Both the position numbers and the translations under genes were made by a program. A stretch of 64,000 bases of DNA from a virus (lineage: Duplodnaviria > Caudoviricetes). Below are positions 55,776-64,000 of this stretch, one piece after another. The stretch lies in the IMG/VR virus record IMGVR_UViG_3300021426_000001; one strand, written 5' to 3'. The number at the start of each line of letters is the position of its first letter. The first letter of the stretch is position 1. The notes under the pieces are model-generated. The model was given only the letters and a program-made list of their open reading frames with translations, searched no databases and was not told the DNA's origin.

Positions 55776-56184
55776 AGTTCATCCATACATCCACGCTAGC
55801 CTCTTCTGACGACTCACCCATGTCGCCATAGAGACGATAGTAGTACGTGTCGCCGAGTGTCTTTCTGACCCAGCCGTCGAGAAGACTGTAGATGTTTCCA
55901 GCGCCTGTCGGCGTCTTGAAGGTCTTGTCCTCTCTGACATTGTAGAACTGAAGCATGTACTGTTGATTGAACTCTATTCCGACGAGAACGAGCTCTGATG
56001 TTCCAGTGAAGTCTAGCTTGTCCATAATGTAGCACAGACAGTCTAGCAGCTCACGGTTCGACAGAGGAGCCAGGCTGTACGTGATCTCCTTCATCAAGAG
56101 ATCGTTGAAGTCGTAAGCTTCCTGCTCTTCTGGCGAAAGGTCATCCTCGCCCTCGTAGTCATCTTCTTCAAAATCTTCTCTCAT
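55675..56184 (-). CDS. acidic hypothetical protein
   Basis: ATGA-coupled to neck gene. Confidence 0.65.
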   Translation of the reverse strand: MREDFEEDDYEGEDDLSPEEQEAYDFNDLLMKEITYSLAPLSNRELLDCLCYIMDKLDFTGTSELVLVGIEFNQQYMLQFYNVREDKTFKTPTGAGNIYSLLDGWVRKTLGDTYYYRLYGDMGESSEEASVDVWMNFMLDVQEWKMKVGLEPPLGHHDDPEDPEALAPA

Positions 56185-56936
56185 GGCAGCTCGTCTGATC
56201 TGAACTTGTACTCCCAGTCGAACAGGTCGACATGGTCCTTGTCGGGAACATCTTTCTGTTCCAGTCTGAGTATGTCTGGTGTAGGTCTGTCAGCGTCAAG
56301 GCCTATAGACGGAGCGACTTCACGGATCGGATCATCATCTGGGATCGTCGGATTCTGGAGGACTGGTCTCTTCAAGTCTTTGTAGACTCTCATCGTGATG
56401 GTGCTGTATCTGGAGTTTAGACCGAAAGCCTCTTCGTACTGCTTCACGTCCACGATCTCGTAGAAAGTGCCGTTGTTGGGAATTCTGACGATGTCTCCGA
56501 TTCTCGGCGTGATCGCTTCATCTTTGTAGACTTCTGGCGTGTTTCGATCTGCTCCGCCGTAAGTGGAGAAGTACTTGAAAGCAGCGTTAGCAACGTATAC
56601 CTGCACAACGTCCTCGCCCCAGATGCCCTGCAGCTGGTAGGTGCGAACGTTCGGAGGCAGCTGTGTCACATAGCCCATGAACCAGAAAGCTCTCTCGATA
56701 GACTCTAGCTGATCCTCGCCGAAGAGCGGATCACGATGTGTGCAGACATGGACTGCGTAGTAAGCCATCTTGAGACCGTAGAGATCGATCCCCTCGATAG
56801 AGACTCGCTCTGAGTTCGCTGTGTCTGGCTCTGAGACGTTCTTTCCGTCATCAGTTCCGCACGGATCGGGCAGCTCCCTCACTGTGCTGCACAGCCACGG
56901 CTGCTCGAAGATTCCTCTATCTTGTCCATATCCCAT
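56181..56936 (-). CDS. neck / head-closure protein (T4 gp14-like)
   Basis: EGIDLYG..YY, DPLFGED, PRIGDIV.IP....YEI..V motifs. Confidence 0.7.
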   Translation of the reverse strand: MGYGQDRGIFEQPWLCSTVRELPDPCGTDDGKNVSEPDTANSERVSIEGIDLYGLKMAYYAVHVCTHRDPLFGEDQLESIERAFWFMGYVTQLPPNVRTYQLQGIWGEDVVQVYVANAAFKYFSTYGGADRNTPEVYKDEAITPRIGDIVRIPNNGTFYEIVDVKQYEEAFGLNSRYSTITMRVYKDLKRPVLQNPTIPDDDPIREVAPSIGLDADRPTPDILRLEQKDVPDKDHVDLFDWEYKFRSDELP

Positions 56937-56939
56937 AGA

Positions 56940-57497
56940 TCACTCCTGCTTGGATTTCTCTCCGAAGACGATCTGATTGACGACGGATCCGAGAAGGATT
57001 GACAGTATTCTCGGGCTGACTCCCTTGACCTGACGGTTCACGTCCCTGAGACAGCATACTCTAGCGACGACTGGAGTGTCGAGAATCTCTCTGTTCTTCT
57101 TCTCTCCCTCTGCCATTCTGTCGAAGAACGGCTTGAACTCGCCAGTCTTGAGCTCTTCAAGCTCTCTGCTGAACTCTACCGCGTTCTCTTCCACCGAGAC
57201 AGATCCGTCCTTGCGGAACTTGATCTTTCCCATGTTGTCGCGGTCAGCGTGCTTCTCCAGGAGACCAGCCTCGGCTCTCTTCCAGTCTTCCCACTGCTCG
57301 TCTCTCTCTTTGCTCCATAGAGATCCGACAGTCTTCTCGTACCAGTCTGCTAAGATTCCCTCGTTGATAGAGATCGCGAGTCCGACGACCGGATCCTCGC
57401 ACGGCTGATCGAGACTAGATCTGCACCAGTCGTAGAAGTTGAGAAGTCCCTGAGTCACTATCTTGAGATTCGCCATCTCCAGAAATTCATTTTTCAT
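56940..57497 (-). CDS. hypothetical protein
   Basis: GAGGA RBS. Confidence 0.65.
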   Translation of the reverse strand: MKNEFLEMANLKIVTQGLLNFYDWCRSSLDQPCEDPVVGLAISINEGILADWYEKTVGSLWSKERDEQWEDWKRAEAGLLEKHADRDNMGKIKFRKDGSVSVEENAVEFSRELEELKTGEFKPFFDRMAEGEKKNREILDTPVVARVCCLRDVNRQVKGVSPRILSILLGSVVNQIVFGEKSKQE

Positions 57498-57564
57498 AGT
57501 TTCCTCTACATTCAGTTTATTCTGAATATATATAGAAACTTTTTGGACCCAGTCAACTTCGCAG

Positions 57565-57780
57565 TCACTTCTGATCGTACTCTCTTATCACAGTTCTCTT
57601 GTCTCCGCCCTTGAGCTTGAGATACTCAGAGACGTACTTCTCAGCTGCTTCGAGTGTCGGAAGCCACGGATGAAGAAGATGCTCCCACCAGAAGAAGTAC
57701 TTCCTCTCCACGTGATAGCAGACTTGGACTTCACTGTCGGTAGATCCCATCTCCTCGACTTTTACTATTCTCAGCTTCAC
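57565..57780 (-). CDS. small hypothetical protein
   Basis: LRIV...YHVERKYFFWW...TLEAAE. Confidence 0.6.
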   Translation of the reverse strand: MKLRIVKVEEMGSTDSEVQVCYHVERKYFFWWEHLLHPWLPTLEAAEKYVSEYLKLKGGDKRTVIREYDQK

Positions 57781-58154
57781 TTATCATCCTCCATCTTCTT
57801 CAACTCGTTGAAGTACTTCTTTCCGTATCTCTTCACGATCCAGTAGTCCACGTACTTCTGATAGTCTTCAGCAGAGATCTCGTACAGCTTTTTAGCGTAG
57901 ACTGGATTGATGAAGGTGCCGAAACAGGTCAAGCACATTCCGTTATAGAGCCAAGCCTCTGGTCCGCCATAGTCTATGTCTCCAGTCCAGTAAGCGTGAC
58001 CCTCCTGAAGGTCTTTCCTTTCGACTAGCTTTCCGAGTTCGATCTTCGGCTTACTAGTGTTGGATTTCTCGCGCTTCTTAAACCACTTCTCTAGCTTCTG
58101 CTCTAGTCCGTTCTCTTCGACGAACTCTTTGTATAGCTTCAATGGTATCTTCAT
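57777..58154 (-). CDS. hypothetical protein
   Basis: start MKIPLK after GAGG. Confidence 0.65.
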   Translation of the reverse strand: MKIPLKLYKEFVEENGLEQKLEKWFKKREKSNTSKPKIELGKLVERKDLQEGHAYWTGDIDYGGPEAWLYNGMCLTCFGTFINPVYAKKLYEISAEDYQKYVDYWIVKRYGKKYFNELKKMEDDK

Positions 58155-58166
58155 TTGTACCTCAAT

Positions 58167-58215
58167 TGACAATATAAGCATTTGACAATATAAGAAATGA
58201 GAGCGCATTTGTAAA
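58167..58215 (-). promoter_or_regulatory. early promoter with duplicated -10 block
   Basis: TTGACAATATAAG twice; -35 at 58210-58215. Confidence 0.7.
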
Positions 58216-58223
58216 CCCTATTT

Positions 58224-58800
58224 CATCATCAACATCATCACAGACGGGAATCACGGGCGATCCCGGGCGAACATTCGTGAGGAAATAATGAGGATGTCTT
58301 GGGTATGTAGCGCCCAAAAATTTTGTGAAAAAATTTTGTAAAAAATTTTTTACAGACTAACATTTCGGGCGATTTTGCAGAAAAAAATTTTGTGGAAAAT
58401 TTTCGAAAAAATTTTGAAAAAAAATTTGCGAAAAATTCTGTGCCGTGTTACATTTGCTCCGTTTTGCGGATTTCGGGTAAAGCGGACAGTGACTTTTCGC
58501 AATTTTTTCGAAAAAATTTTGGCGCCATCTTTTCGGGAGGTCTCGGGTATTTTCGGGAATTTTACGGGAATTTTTGATAAAAAATTTTGCGAAAATCTCT
58601 GCACGGGTGAACGGGAGGTCAAGTCGCGATATAGGGCGGGATCCGAAGTTCGGGGCGCCCCATATCCCTAATAGGGTGATACAATCTTTTTGAGTTGATG
58701 ATGATGTTTCTACTGGGACCTAGGGGTTCTGGCATATATACCGGCCCGGAATCCCGCCAAGATACATGCCAGTTCTGGGAGGGTAGCGGGAGGGTATCTG
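58224..58800. other. long non-coding A/T-tract element (origin, terminus or packaging-site candidate)
   Basis: many AAAATTTT tracts, CGGG(A/C) repeats, flanking inverted CATCATCAAC. Confidence 0.55.
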
Positions 58801-58815
58801 GAGGTGTTCACGGGA

Positions 58816-59385
58816 TCACACATCATCGTCTCGGGAGGGATCGGGAGTCCTGGGAGGATAGCTTCGTCTGATGATCAGAAGAGGAGGAGAAGCAGTAGGG
58901 ATGTAGACTGATCCGTTCTCTGTGCGCATGTGGTTGATCATGTGGGTGAGATCTGCTAGGTATCTATTGAAGTCGTCTGAGGATAGGGGCTCATCTCGCA
59001 TTCTACGGCCGAGCATGCGGATAGCAATAGGGTCAAGGAATCTGTGAGCTGCTAGGTCACTATCAGATAGGAGGATAGCGCCGTCATAGATAGCGCACGT
59101 GGGCCTTGAGTATCTGTTGTCGCCCACTAGCCATCTAGATATGTGGTAGAGTGTTGGGATGTATGTAGCTATCGGGCCATATCCGTATGTGAGTATAGCC
59201 CTGTACAGCTCGGCATCATCTGAGACATTCTCTCTGATGTCTCTGTTGATGTCTGCTACTAGGGCTTCTCCAGTAGCGAGGCCACTTATGGGAGTATATC
59301 GTCTGAATAGGGTGTTTGCATGGAATTGATATATGGTGTCATCCATGCGCTTGCGGCACGTGTATACGATAGTTGTCGGCTTCAT
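58816..59385 (-). CDS. hypothetical protein, atypical codon usage
   Basis: 189-aa ORF coupled to upstream ORF. Confidence 0.5.
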   Translation of the reverse strand: MKPTTIVYTCRKRMDDTIYQFHANTLFRRYTPISGLATGEALVADINRDIRENVSDDAELYRAILTYGYGPIATYIPTLYHISRWLVGDNRYSRPTCAIYDGAILLSDSDLAAHRFLDPIAIRMLGRRMRDEPLSSDDFNRYLADLTHMINHMRTENGSVYIPTASPPLLIIRRSYPPRTPDPSRDDDV

Positions 59386-59584
59386 CTGGCAGTGACTCCA
59401 TTTGCTGAGTGCATATCATCTCTGTCGTCTTCCTCTTCCCAGTAGAATAGAGTGAAGGATGTGTCTGGGTAGCTGCCCTTCATGTTGAACGAGTGGGTGA
59501 TGGATTGAATATCTTCACGCTTTAGATTGCTGTTGACGAACTTCAACAAGTCTCTCGTGAATTCGAATGTCTTTGATCTGAGCT

Positions 59585-59956
59585 TCATCGGCTTTTCCTT
59601 TCATCGAGTGCTGTACTTCTCCTCACGTCGAAGTATCTGTGTATGGTGTCTATGCGCTTCTTGCGCTTCTCTGTGTCTATCCTGCTGGGAGACTCTAGCA
59701 GCCAGGATATGGCTAAGTCTACCTCGCTCATGGGATGAGAGAACATGATGACGGCTTTCTCAGCGTCTGCATAGAGGGTAGAGACGCCATCTGGGTTGAG
59801 TGAGGGGTAGTACTTGGCTATGCAGACATAGTTGTCATAGACATCGCCCACTGGCTCTCCACGGTGCATCACCGTCGTGCTCTGAGATGCATCGCTGCTC
59901 ACTCTGAGGATGAAGCCTCGGTCTCTGAGCCTCTTCTCTACCTGTTCTCTCGTCAT
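59585..59956 (-). CDS. hypothetical protein
   Basis: ORF in operon. Confidence 0.6.
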   Translation of the reverse strand: MTREQVEKRLRDRGFILRVSSDASQSTTVMHRGEPVGDVYDNYVCIAKYYPSLNPDGVSTLYADAEKAVIMFSHPMSEVDLAISWLLESPSRIDTEKRKKRIDTIHRYFDVRRSTALDERKSR

Positions 59957-59959
59957 CTG

Positions 59960-60355
59960 CTACATGCCTCCAAAGAGCTTGTCTATCTTGTCGAGCTCTG
60001 CCATCATCTGCTCTTCGCTGCGTACTTGTTTTGGACCGTTTGAGAGGTGACGGACAGTCTCTTGAGGGATCTGAGGGATAGAGGGTCTTCTGCGTGGTGC
60101 GAACTCTCCATCGGGAGGGCACGGGAGATCTTCGGCGTTGAACGTGATCGGCTGGAACTTGGCGTGATCTGGATGCGCATACTGAGTGATCTCTAGGGCT
60201 GCTGGAGAGGCTGCTATCTCTGTGTCTGGCGTGATGTCTGAGAATCCCGCAAGGATAGCGTCAGTGTCTAGCTGAACGTGTGAGACGTCATACGGAGACA
60301 CTGGCTCTGCTGGAATGTCCATGCGGAATCTTGGAATTGACGGATCCCAGCCCAT
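59960..60355 (-). CDS. Pro-rich hypothetical protein
   Basis: start moved to MGWDPS. Confidence 0.55.
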   Translation of the reverse strand: MGWDPSIPRFRMDIPAEPVSPYDVSHVQLDTDAILAGFSDITPDTEIAASPAALEITQYAHPDHAKFQPITFNAEDLPCPPDGEFAPRRRPSIPQIPQETVRHLSNGPKQVRSEEQMMAELDKIDKLFGGM

Positions 60356-60648
60356 CAGCGTCTTCTCCTGCTGCGGATCGCAGAGCAGCGGACTGGAGCG
60401 CCAGTAGAGTCGACTCGTACTGTTATTCCTCCCTTGTTCCAGCCCATCTTGATGTACGTGACGTCCATCTCTTCGTCGCAGAATAGCGCGAAGTGGTTGC
60501 GTGGAGTCGTTCCGTCTATCCTGTTGAGGCCGAACGGAGCTGACTCGTACTTCTCTGCTGGCGAGCTGCACGCTGTGAGTCCTATCCCTGTCGCGAACGC
60601 TGTTAGCGCTACTATCGCATATATGCAGATCTTCTGTTTTGATGTCAT
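60355..60648 (-). CDS. lipoprotein (paralog of 60645..60935)
   Basis: lipobox LTAC; CDE...Y...GGIT..D..G..V.CS. Confidence 0.7.
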   Translation of the reverse strand: MTSKQKICIYAIVALTAFATGIGLTACSSPAEKYESAPFGLNRIDGTTPRNHFALFCDEEMDVTYIKMGWNKGGITVRVDSTGAPVRCSAIRSRRRR

Positions 60649-60935
60649 TTTCTGTTCCTCCTGAGGTCTGAGCACTTGACTATCTTCCCGTTCTCGTCAA
60701 GGTACGGGGTGATCCCTCCGTGAACCTGGCTGAGCTGAAGATATACGTTGTTCCTGCTCTCGTCGCAGATGAGGTAGAAGGAGATGCCGAGCGTGTCTCC
60801 ATCTATGCTTCTCATGCGGTTGTACTGAGTGTCCCTGATGCGGTTCTCGTACTGGATCTGCTTGTCGATGTCAGAGCATGCTCCCGTTATCGCTGCTATC
60901 GCGAGGATCACTATCGCTTTGATTGCTGTCTTCAT
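60645..60935 (-). CDS. lipoprotein (paralog of 60355..60648)
   Basis: lipobox TGAC; same motif. Confidence 0.7.
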   Translation of the reverse strand: MKTAIKAIVILAIAAITGACSDIDKQIQYENRIRDTQYNRMRSIDGDTLGISFYLICDESRNNVYLQLSQVHGGITPYLDENGKIVKCSDLRRNRK

Positions 60936-61264
60936 TGTTCTATCTCCTTTTTCTTGCGGTACATTGTTGCCCTGCTGACTCCCAGAGCCTCGGCTGCCTG
61001 TGCGACATTGCCGTTAGCGCTCTTGAGAGCTTCGCGGGCGAGAAAGTCTTCCATGTCTGCCCTGTTCATAGTGAGAACCTCTGATCTCTGGCTCATGAGG
61101 AGATTCTCGTACTTGTCGAGCTGGTAGTCGAGCTGATCCAGCACCTGCTTGAGCGTCATAGAGGTCCCGTAGACCCTTATTAGCTCCAGGACCATTCCCT
61201 TGTGCTCGCGGGCGCAGCAGTAGATGTTGAGGTCGTTCTGAAAGTCGTGCTTCTCTATGCTCAT
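60932..61264 (-). CDS. Fis-type helix-turn-helix protein
   Basis: EALKSANGNVAQAAEALGVSRATMYRK. Confidence 0.8.
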   Translation of the reverse strand: MSIEKHDFQNDLNIYCCAREHKGMVLELIRVYGTSMTLKQVLDQLDYQLDKYENLLMSQRSEVLTMNRADMEDFLAREALKSANGNVAQAAEALGVSRATMYRKKKEIEQ

Positions 61265-61438
61265 TTTCTCTCCCAGCCGATCAACTGGTCGGCGTTGACC
61301 AGAGGCTTTCGCTGCTCTGGAATCAGCATTGACGGATAGTCGTAAAATTGGATCGGCTCTGGACGTCTCATGAGGTAAGCCCTCGCGTCGAACCTCATCG
61401 CCTCCATTAGAGTGCCTGTAGTTATTCTGTTCATGTCG

Positions 61439-61864
61439 TTACCATTCCTTCGCTGGCGCAATGATGTGCCATATCCTTTCGCCAGTCTTGAAGATGATCT
61501 CTCTCGTGTTGATGATTCTGCCGTCACCGACTAGACCCTCTTTGTTCACCTTGAGATATCCGAGTTCGATCCTGTACCAGCCCTTTTCGCGGGCTTCGTT
61601 GATGACAGAGAGGAGCCTGTCTGCGAAGACATTGACCTCTCTTAGCTCCTTGAGGGCTTCTCTCTTCTCTTCGTCGTAGTCGGAATTCGTCTTCTTGTCG
61701 AAGTCAGTTATCTCTTCTACTGTCTTCACTACTTCGTCGCCCAGCTCTTCGACGCTCTTGCCCTTGACCGCTCGAATGAGGTCCTGAAGGCTGTTGGCGT
61801 AGTTGAGCAGCTGCACCTTCCACGTCTTGCACTCGTCAAGGTCTGATTGATATGCGTGTGGCAT
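61439..61864 (-). CDS. hypothetical protein
   Basis: GGAGG RBS. Confidence 0.65.
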   Translation of the reverse strand: MPHAYQSDLDECKTWKVQLLNYANSLQDLIRAVKGKSVEELGDEVVKTVEEITDFDKKTNSDYDEEKREALKELREVNVFADRLLSVINEAREKGWYRIELGYLKVNKEGLVGDGRIINTREIIFKTGERIWHIIAPAKEW

Positions 61865-62196
61865 TACTTGCCTCCGAGAAGCTTAGCGATCTGGTCGGGA
61901 TCGATTCCGTTGCTCTTGAGGATCTTCGGCGTGTCGTAGCCGTCGCTTGCGAGACACTGACTCAAGCACTTGACGGCAGCGATGAGAATGTCCCTGTCGC
62001 CTCCCTTGTACTGCTTGAAGTCGTCTTCACGTAACTTGAGCATGATTCCTACGTTTTCAGTGGGTTCTCCGTATTCCCATGCATAGCTCACCTCGCCAGA
62101 GTGGCGGCGGACGACATCGATAGCCTGAGCTTCTGTGAGATGATGTTTGTTGATGAGGACGTGTTTGACAGCTGCGAAGTATTCAGATTGAGTCAT
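61864..62196 (-). CDS. hypothetical protein
   Basis: first gene after promoter 62243-62271. Confidence 0.65.
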   Translation of the reverse strand: MTQSEYFAAVKHVLINKHHLTEAQAIDVVRRHSGEVSYAWEYGEPTENVGIMLKLREDDFKQYKGGDRDILIAAVKCLSQCLASDGYDTPKILKSNGIDPDQIAKLLGGK

Positions 62197-62242
62197 GTGT
62201 TTCTCCCTGACCAGATGGTGATTAGATGGTGATTACATGTCT

Positions 62243-62271
62243 AATATAGGTAATTTGTCTCAGTTTGTAAA
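62243..62271 (-). promoter_or_regulatory. early promoter TTTACA-N17-TATATT
   Basis: consensus match. Confidence 0.75.
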
Positions 62272-62342
62272 TGGATAATCTCAAAAATACACAAAAAAGT
62301 CTGCCCGCGATGGACAGACTCTGAAAGATTGGAGGTTTTTGC

Positions 62343-63005
62343 CTAGCCGTTGAGATAGTCTTCTTCGAACTTGGCTGGCTCTCGCTTCTCTGGCGCATCC
62401 TCGAAGAGGCGCTCCATAGCTTCATCAAGACGCTCGGACGGGAAGAGCTTCTCCATCTTCGCTTCGTTCACAGTGTTCTGCTGCTTCTCTGCCCATGGCA
62501 GATCTGCGTAAGCGATAGACTCGCCGATCTTGAGAGCGTTCTCAGCTGGCACCCTAGACTTGAAAGCGAGAATGACTGGAACCTGGTCACCCCAGACGAA
62601 GGTAGAGTTGATCCATCCAGGGAAGTCCTCGTCTCCCTCCTTGAGGAGAGTTTCGAGGTCCTTGATAGCCTCTTCCTTAGTCTTGCCCTCCTCGGTGGCG
62701 TTCTCCATGAATCCGCGAAGGTCACGCTGGATTTCCGGTCCCATCTTCTTGATGAGACGCTGGAACATCTTATCCACTTTGGCTTCGTTGTTGATGCCGT
62801 AGTAGTCAGCGAGCTCTTGCATGTTCGTTACGTAGATCTCAACTCCGAGTCCAGTTCGACCCTCGATAGGACGAGCGTCCAGTGCGCCAGCTTCGTCCAT
62901 GACCCCATTCTCTTCCATGTTGAATAGAGCGAGACGGATGAGCGGGATAGCCTTGTTCGGATCGAGCTTTTCGATGGTGAGTGTGCCGTTGAACGGATTG
63001 ATCAT
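62343..63005 (-). CDS. acidic hypothetical protein
   Basis: GGAG RBS; promoter 63040-63068. Confidence 0.7.
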   Translation of the reverse strand: MINPFNGTLTIEKLDPNKAIPLIRLALFNMEENGVMDEAGALDARPIEGRTGLGVEIYVTNMQELADYYGINNEAKVDKMFQRLIKKMGPEIQRDLRGFMENATEEGKTKEEAIKDLETLLKEGDEDFPGWINSTFVWGDQVPVILAFKSRVPAENALKIGESIAYADLPWAEKQQNTVNEAKMEKLFPSERLDEAMERLFEDAPEKREPAKFEEDYLNG

Positions 63006-63039
63006 ATTTTCTTCTCCCTTTCTTATTATTTACATGTGA

Positions 63040-63068
63040 AATATAGGATTTTCTAGTCCTTTTGTAAA
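63040..63068 (-). promoter_or_regulatory. early promoter TTTACA-N17-TATATT
   Basis: consensus match. Confidence 0.75.
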
Positions 63069-63775
63069 GCGTTTTCTTGTGCTATCTTGGCTTCTGCTGC
63101 TCTGAGATACGGCTCCAGAGGTCCTATTCCCTTCTCAGCGCATACCTTGTCAACCTTCTCTGCGAAACGGATCCAGTTCTTCCACTTGCATGTAGGAGTC
63201 TTGGCTCGGAGATATGCTGCAACGCACGCTCTGCCGAACTGATACGAGCATACCTGCTCTGGTGTGTAGCCGTTCTTGAGGAACCACATGAGCGAGTGGA
63301 TCACCTTCGGTCTGATGTAGCCGATCTCGAATCGTATCTCACGGTCTGCGAAGCCCATCTCCCTCAAGAGATCTTCTATCATAACCAGATCGAACTGGAG
63401 ATTCCAAGGGATGACAGACGCACGCAGAACGACGGTCACTCGATCCCTCGTAATGACCATCTTAGTGAGACATCCACCCTTAATGTGGTCGAACTCGTGC
63501 TGGACGTTCTTGAACTTGAACTCAGCAACGCCGTTCTTCAGATACTCCTTGTGGCATCTGTCTAGCTCTGACTCTTCGACGTACAGGCGTCTGAGCTGCT
63601 TCATCTTCTTCGGGTGCTCTGATGCCATCTCTCGGGTTAGCGGGCAGTTAGTAGATCCGCAGATGATGACGACATCGTCCTCTCTGCTCGTGTTGCACTT
63701 GAATGTCTCCAGCGTGTACTTGGACAGACGCAGCATGGCGTCGTCGAAGTCTTTGCAGTTGAATGTGTTAGCCAA
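63053..63775 (-). CDS. divergent thymidylate-synthase-fold protein (possible nucleotide modification enzyme)
   Basis: TTG start after AGAGGA; GCL...VVLRAS...FDL spacing. Confidence 0.4.
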   Translation of the reverse strand: MANTFNCKDFDDAMLRLSKYTLETFKCNTSREDDVVIICGSTNCPLTREMASEHPKKMKQLRRLYVEESELDRCHKEYLKNGVAEFKFKNVQHEFDHIKGGCLTKMVITRDRVTVVLRASVIPWNLQFDLVMIEDLLREMGFADREIRFEIGYIRPKVIHSLMWFLKNGYTPEQVCSYQFGRACVAAYLRAKTPTCKWKNWIRFAEKVDKVCAEKGIGPLEPYLRAAEAKIAQENALQKD

Positions 63776-63776
63776 C

Positions 63777-64000
63777 TTAGTTCCTCTCTTTTCTCGGTTT
63801 CCACATGACCGAGCGTGTTCTGTTCTTCCAAAACTCCTGAATGTGCTTCGGGAACGGGCTCGGATCAGAGTCATTTTGCTCTATCAAGAGCTCCGTTCTT
63901 AGTGACTCGGCAGCGCCGTACGCGTCTACCACGTCTGAGAGTCCCGGCGTTCCCTTCTTTCCGTTAGTCACTGGCGGGAAAATGCTCAGGTCTGGCTTCA
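63777..64000 (-). CDS. C-terminus of gene entering window, possibly RuvC-like nuclease
   Basis: PGLSDVVDAY motif. Confidence 0.35.
   Translation of the reverse strand, partial: KPDLSIFPPVTNGKKGTPGLSDVVDAYGAAESLRTELLIEQNDSDPSPFPKHIQEFWKNRTRSVMWKPRKERN

Noticed and set aside
58350-58671. Overlapping K/F/N-rich ORFs on both strands
   Set aside because: By-products of A/T tracts; no RBS, low complexity
1350-63068. Recurrent TTGTAAACC motif as CRISPR repeat or attC site
   Set aside because: Irregular kb-scale spacing with a fixed 17-bp offset to a -10 box indicates promoters; no Cas or integrase in window
1-64000. Stop-codon reassignment
   Set aside because: Conserved genes are full length and TAA, TAG and TGA all end genes at tight junctions

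Overview
This is a 64-kb segment of a large, T4-like dsDNA bacteriophage, densely coding and almost entirely on the minus strand in the standard genetic code. Hallmark genes are a prohead protease (gp21-like), neck protein (gp14-like), RNase H-type 5'-3' exonuclease, dCMP deaminase, dUTPase, ThyX-like synthase, DinG-like helicase, a sigma-70 family factor, tail-fibre-like proteins, an M15 endolysin and a patatin. About 20 early promoters (TTTACA-N17-TATATT) and several T4-type late promoters (TATAAATA) are visible. A phage-encoded pilin whose N-terminus resembles Fibrobacter-type pilins hints at a Fibrobacterota host (inference). The most unusual observations are: (1) fused terminator/promoter hairpins that hold the -35 box in the loop; (2) a three-gene envelope operon with a Gly14->Leu pilin mimic and a partner sharing its 4-Cys domain; (3) an RNA-repair cluster (two ligases, kinase, phosphatases, a Ro60-like DUF2828 protein with a pseudoknotted 5' leader); (4) two 3'-UTR structured RNAs sharing a kissing-loop architecture; (5) a protein with tandem ACP-like domains lacking the modifiable serine; (6) a 600-bp A-tract non-coding element. 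No tRNA, rRNA, CRISPR array or transposase was recognised. All calls come from reading motifs by eye; no database search was run.
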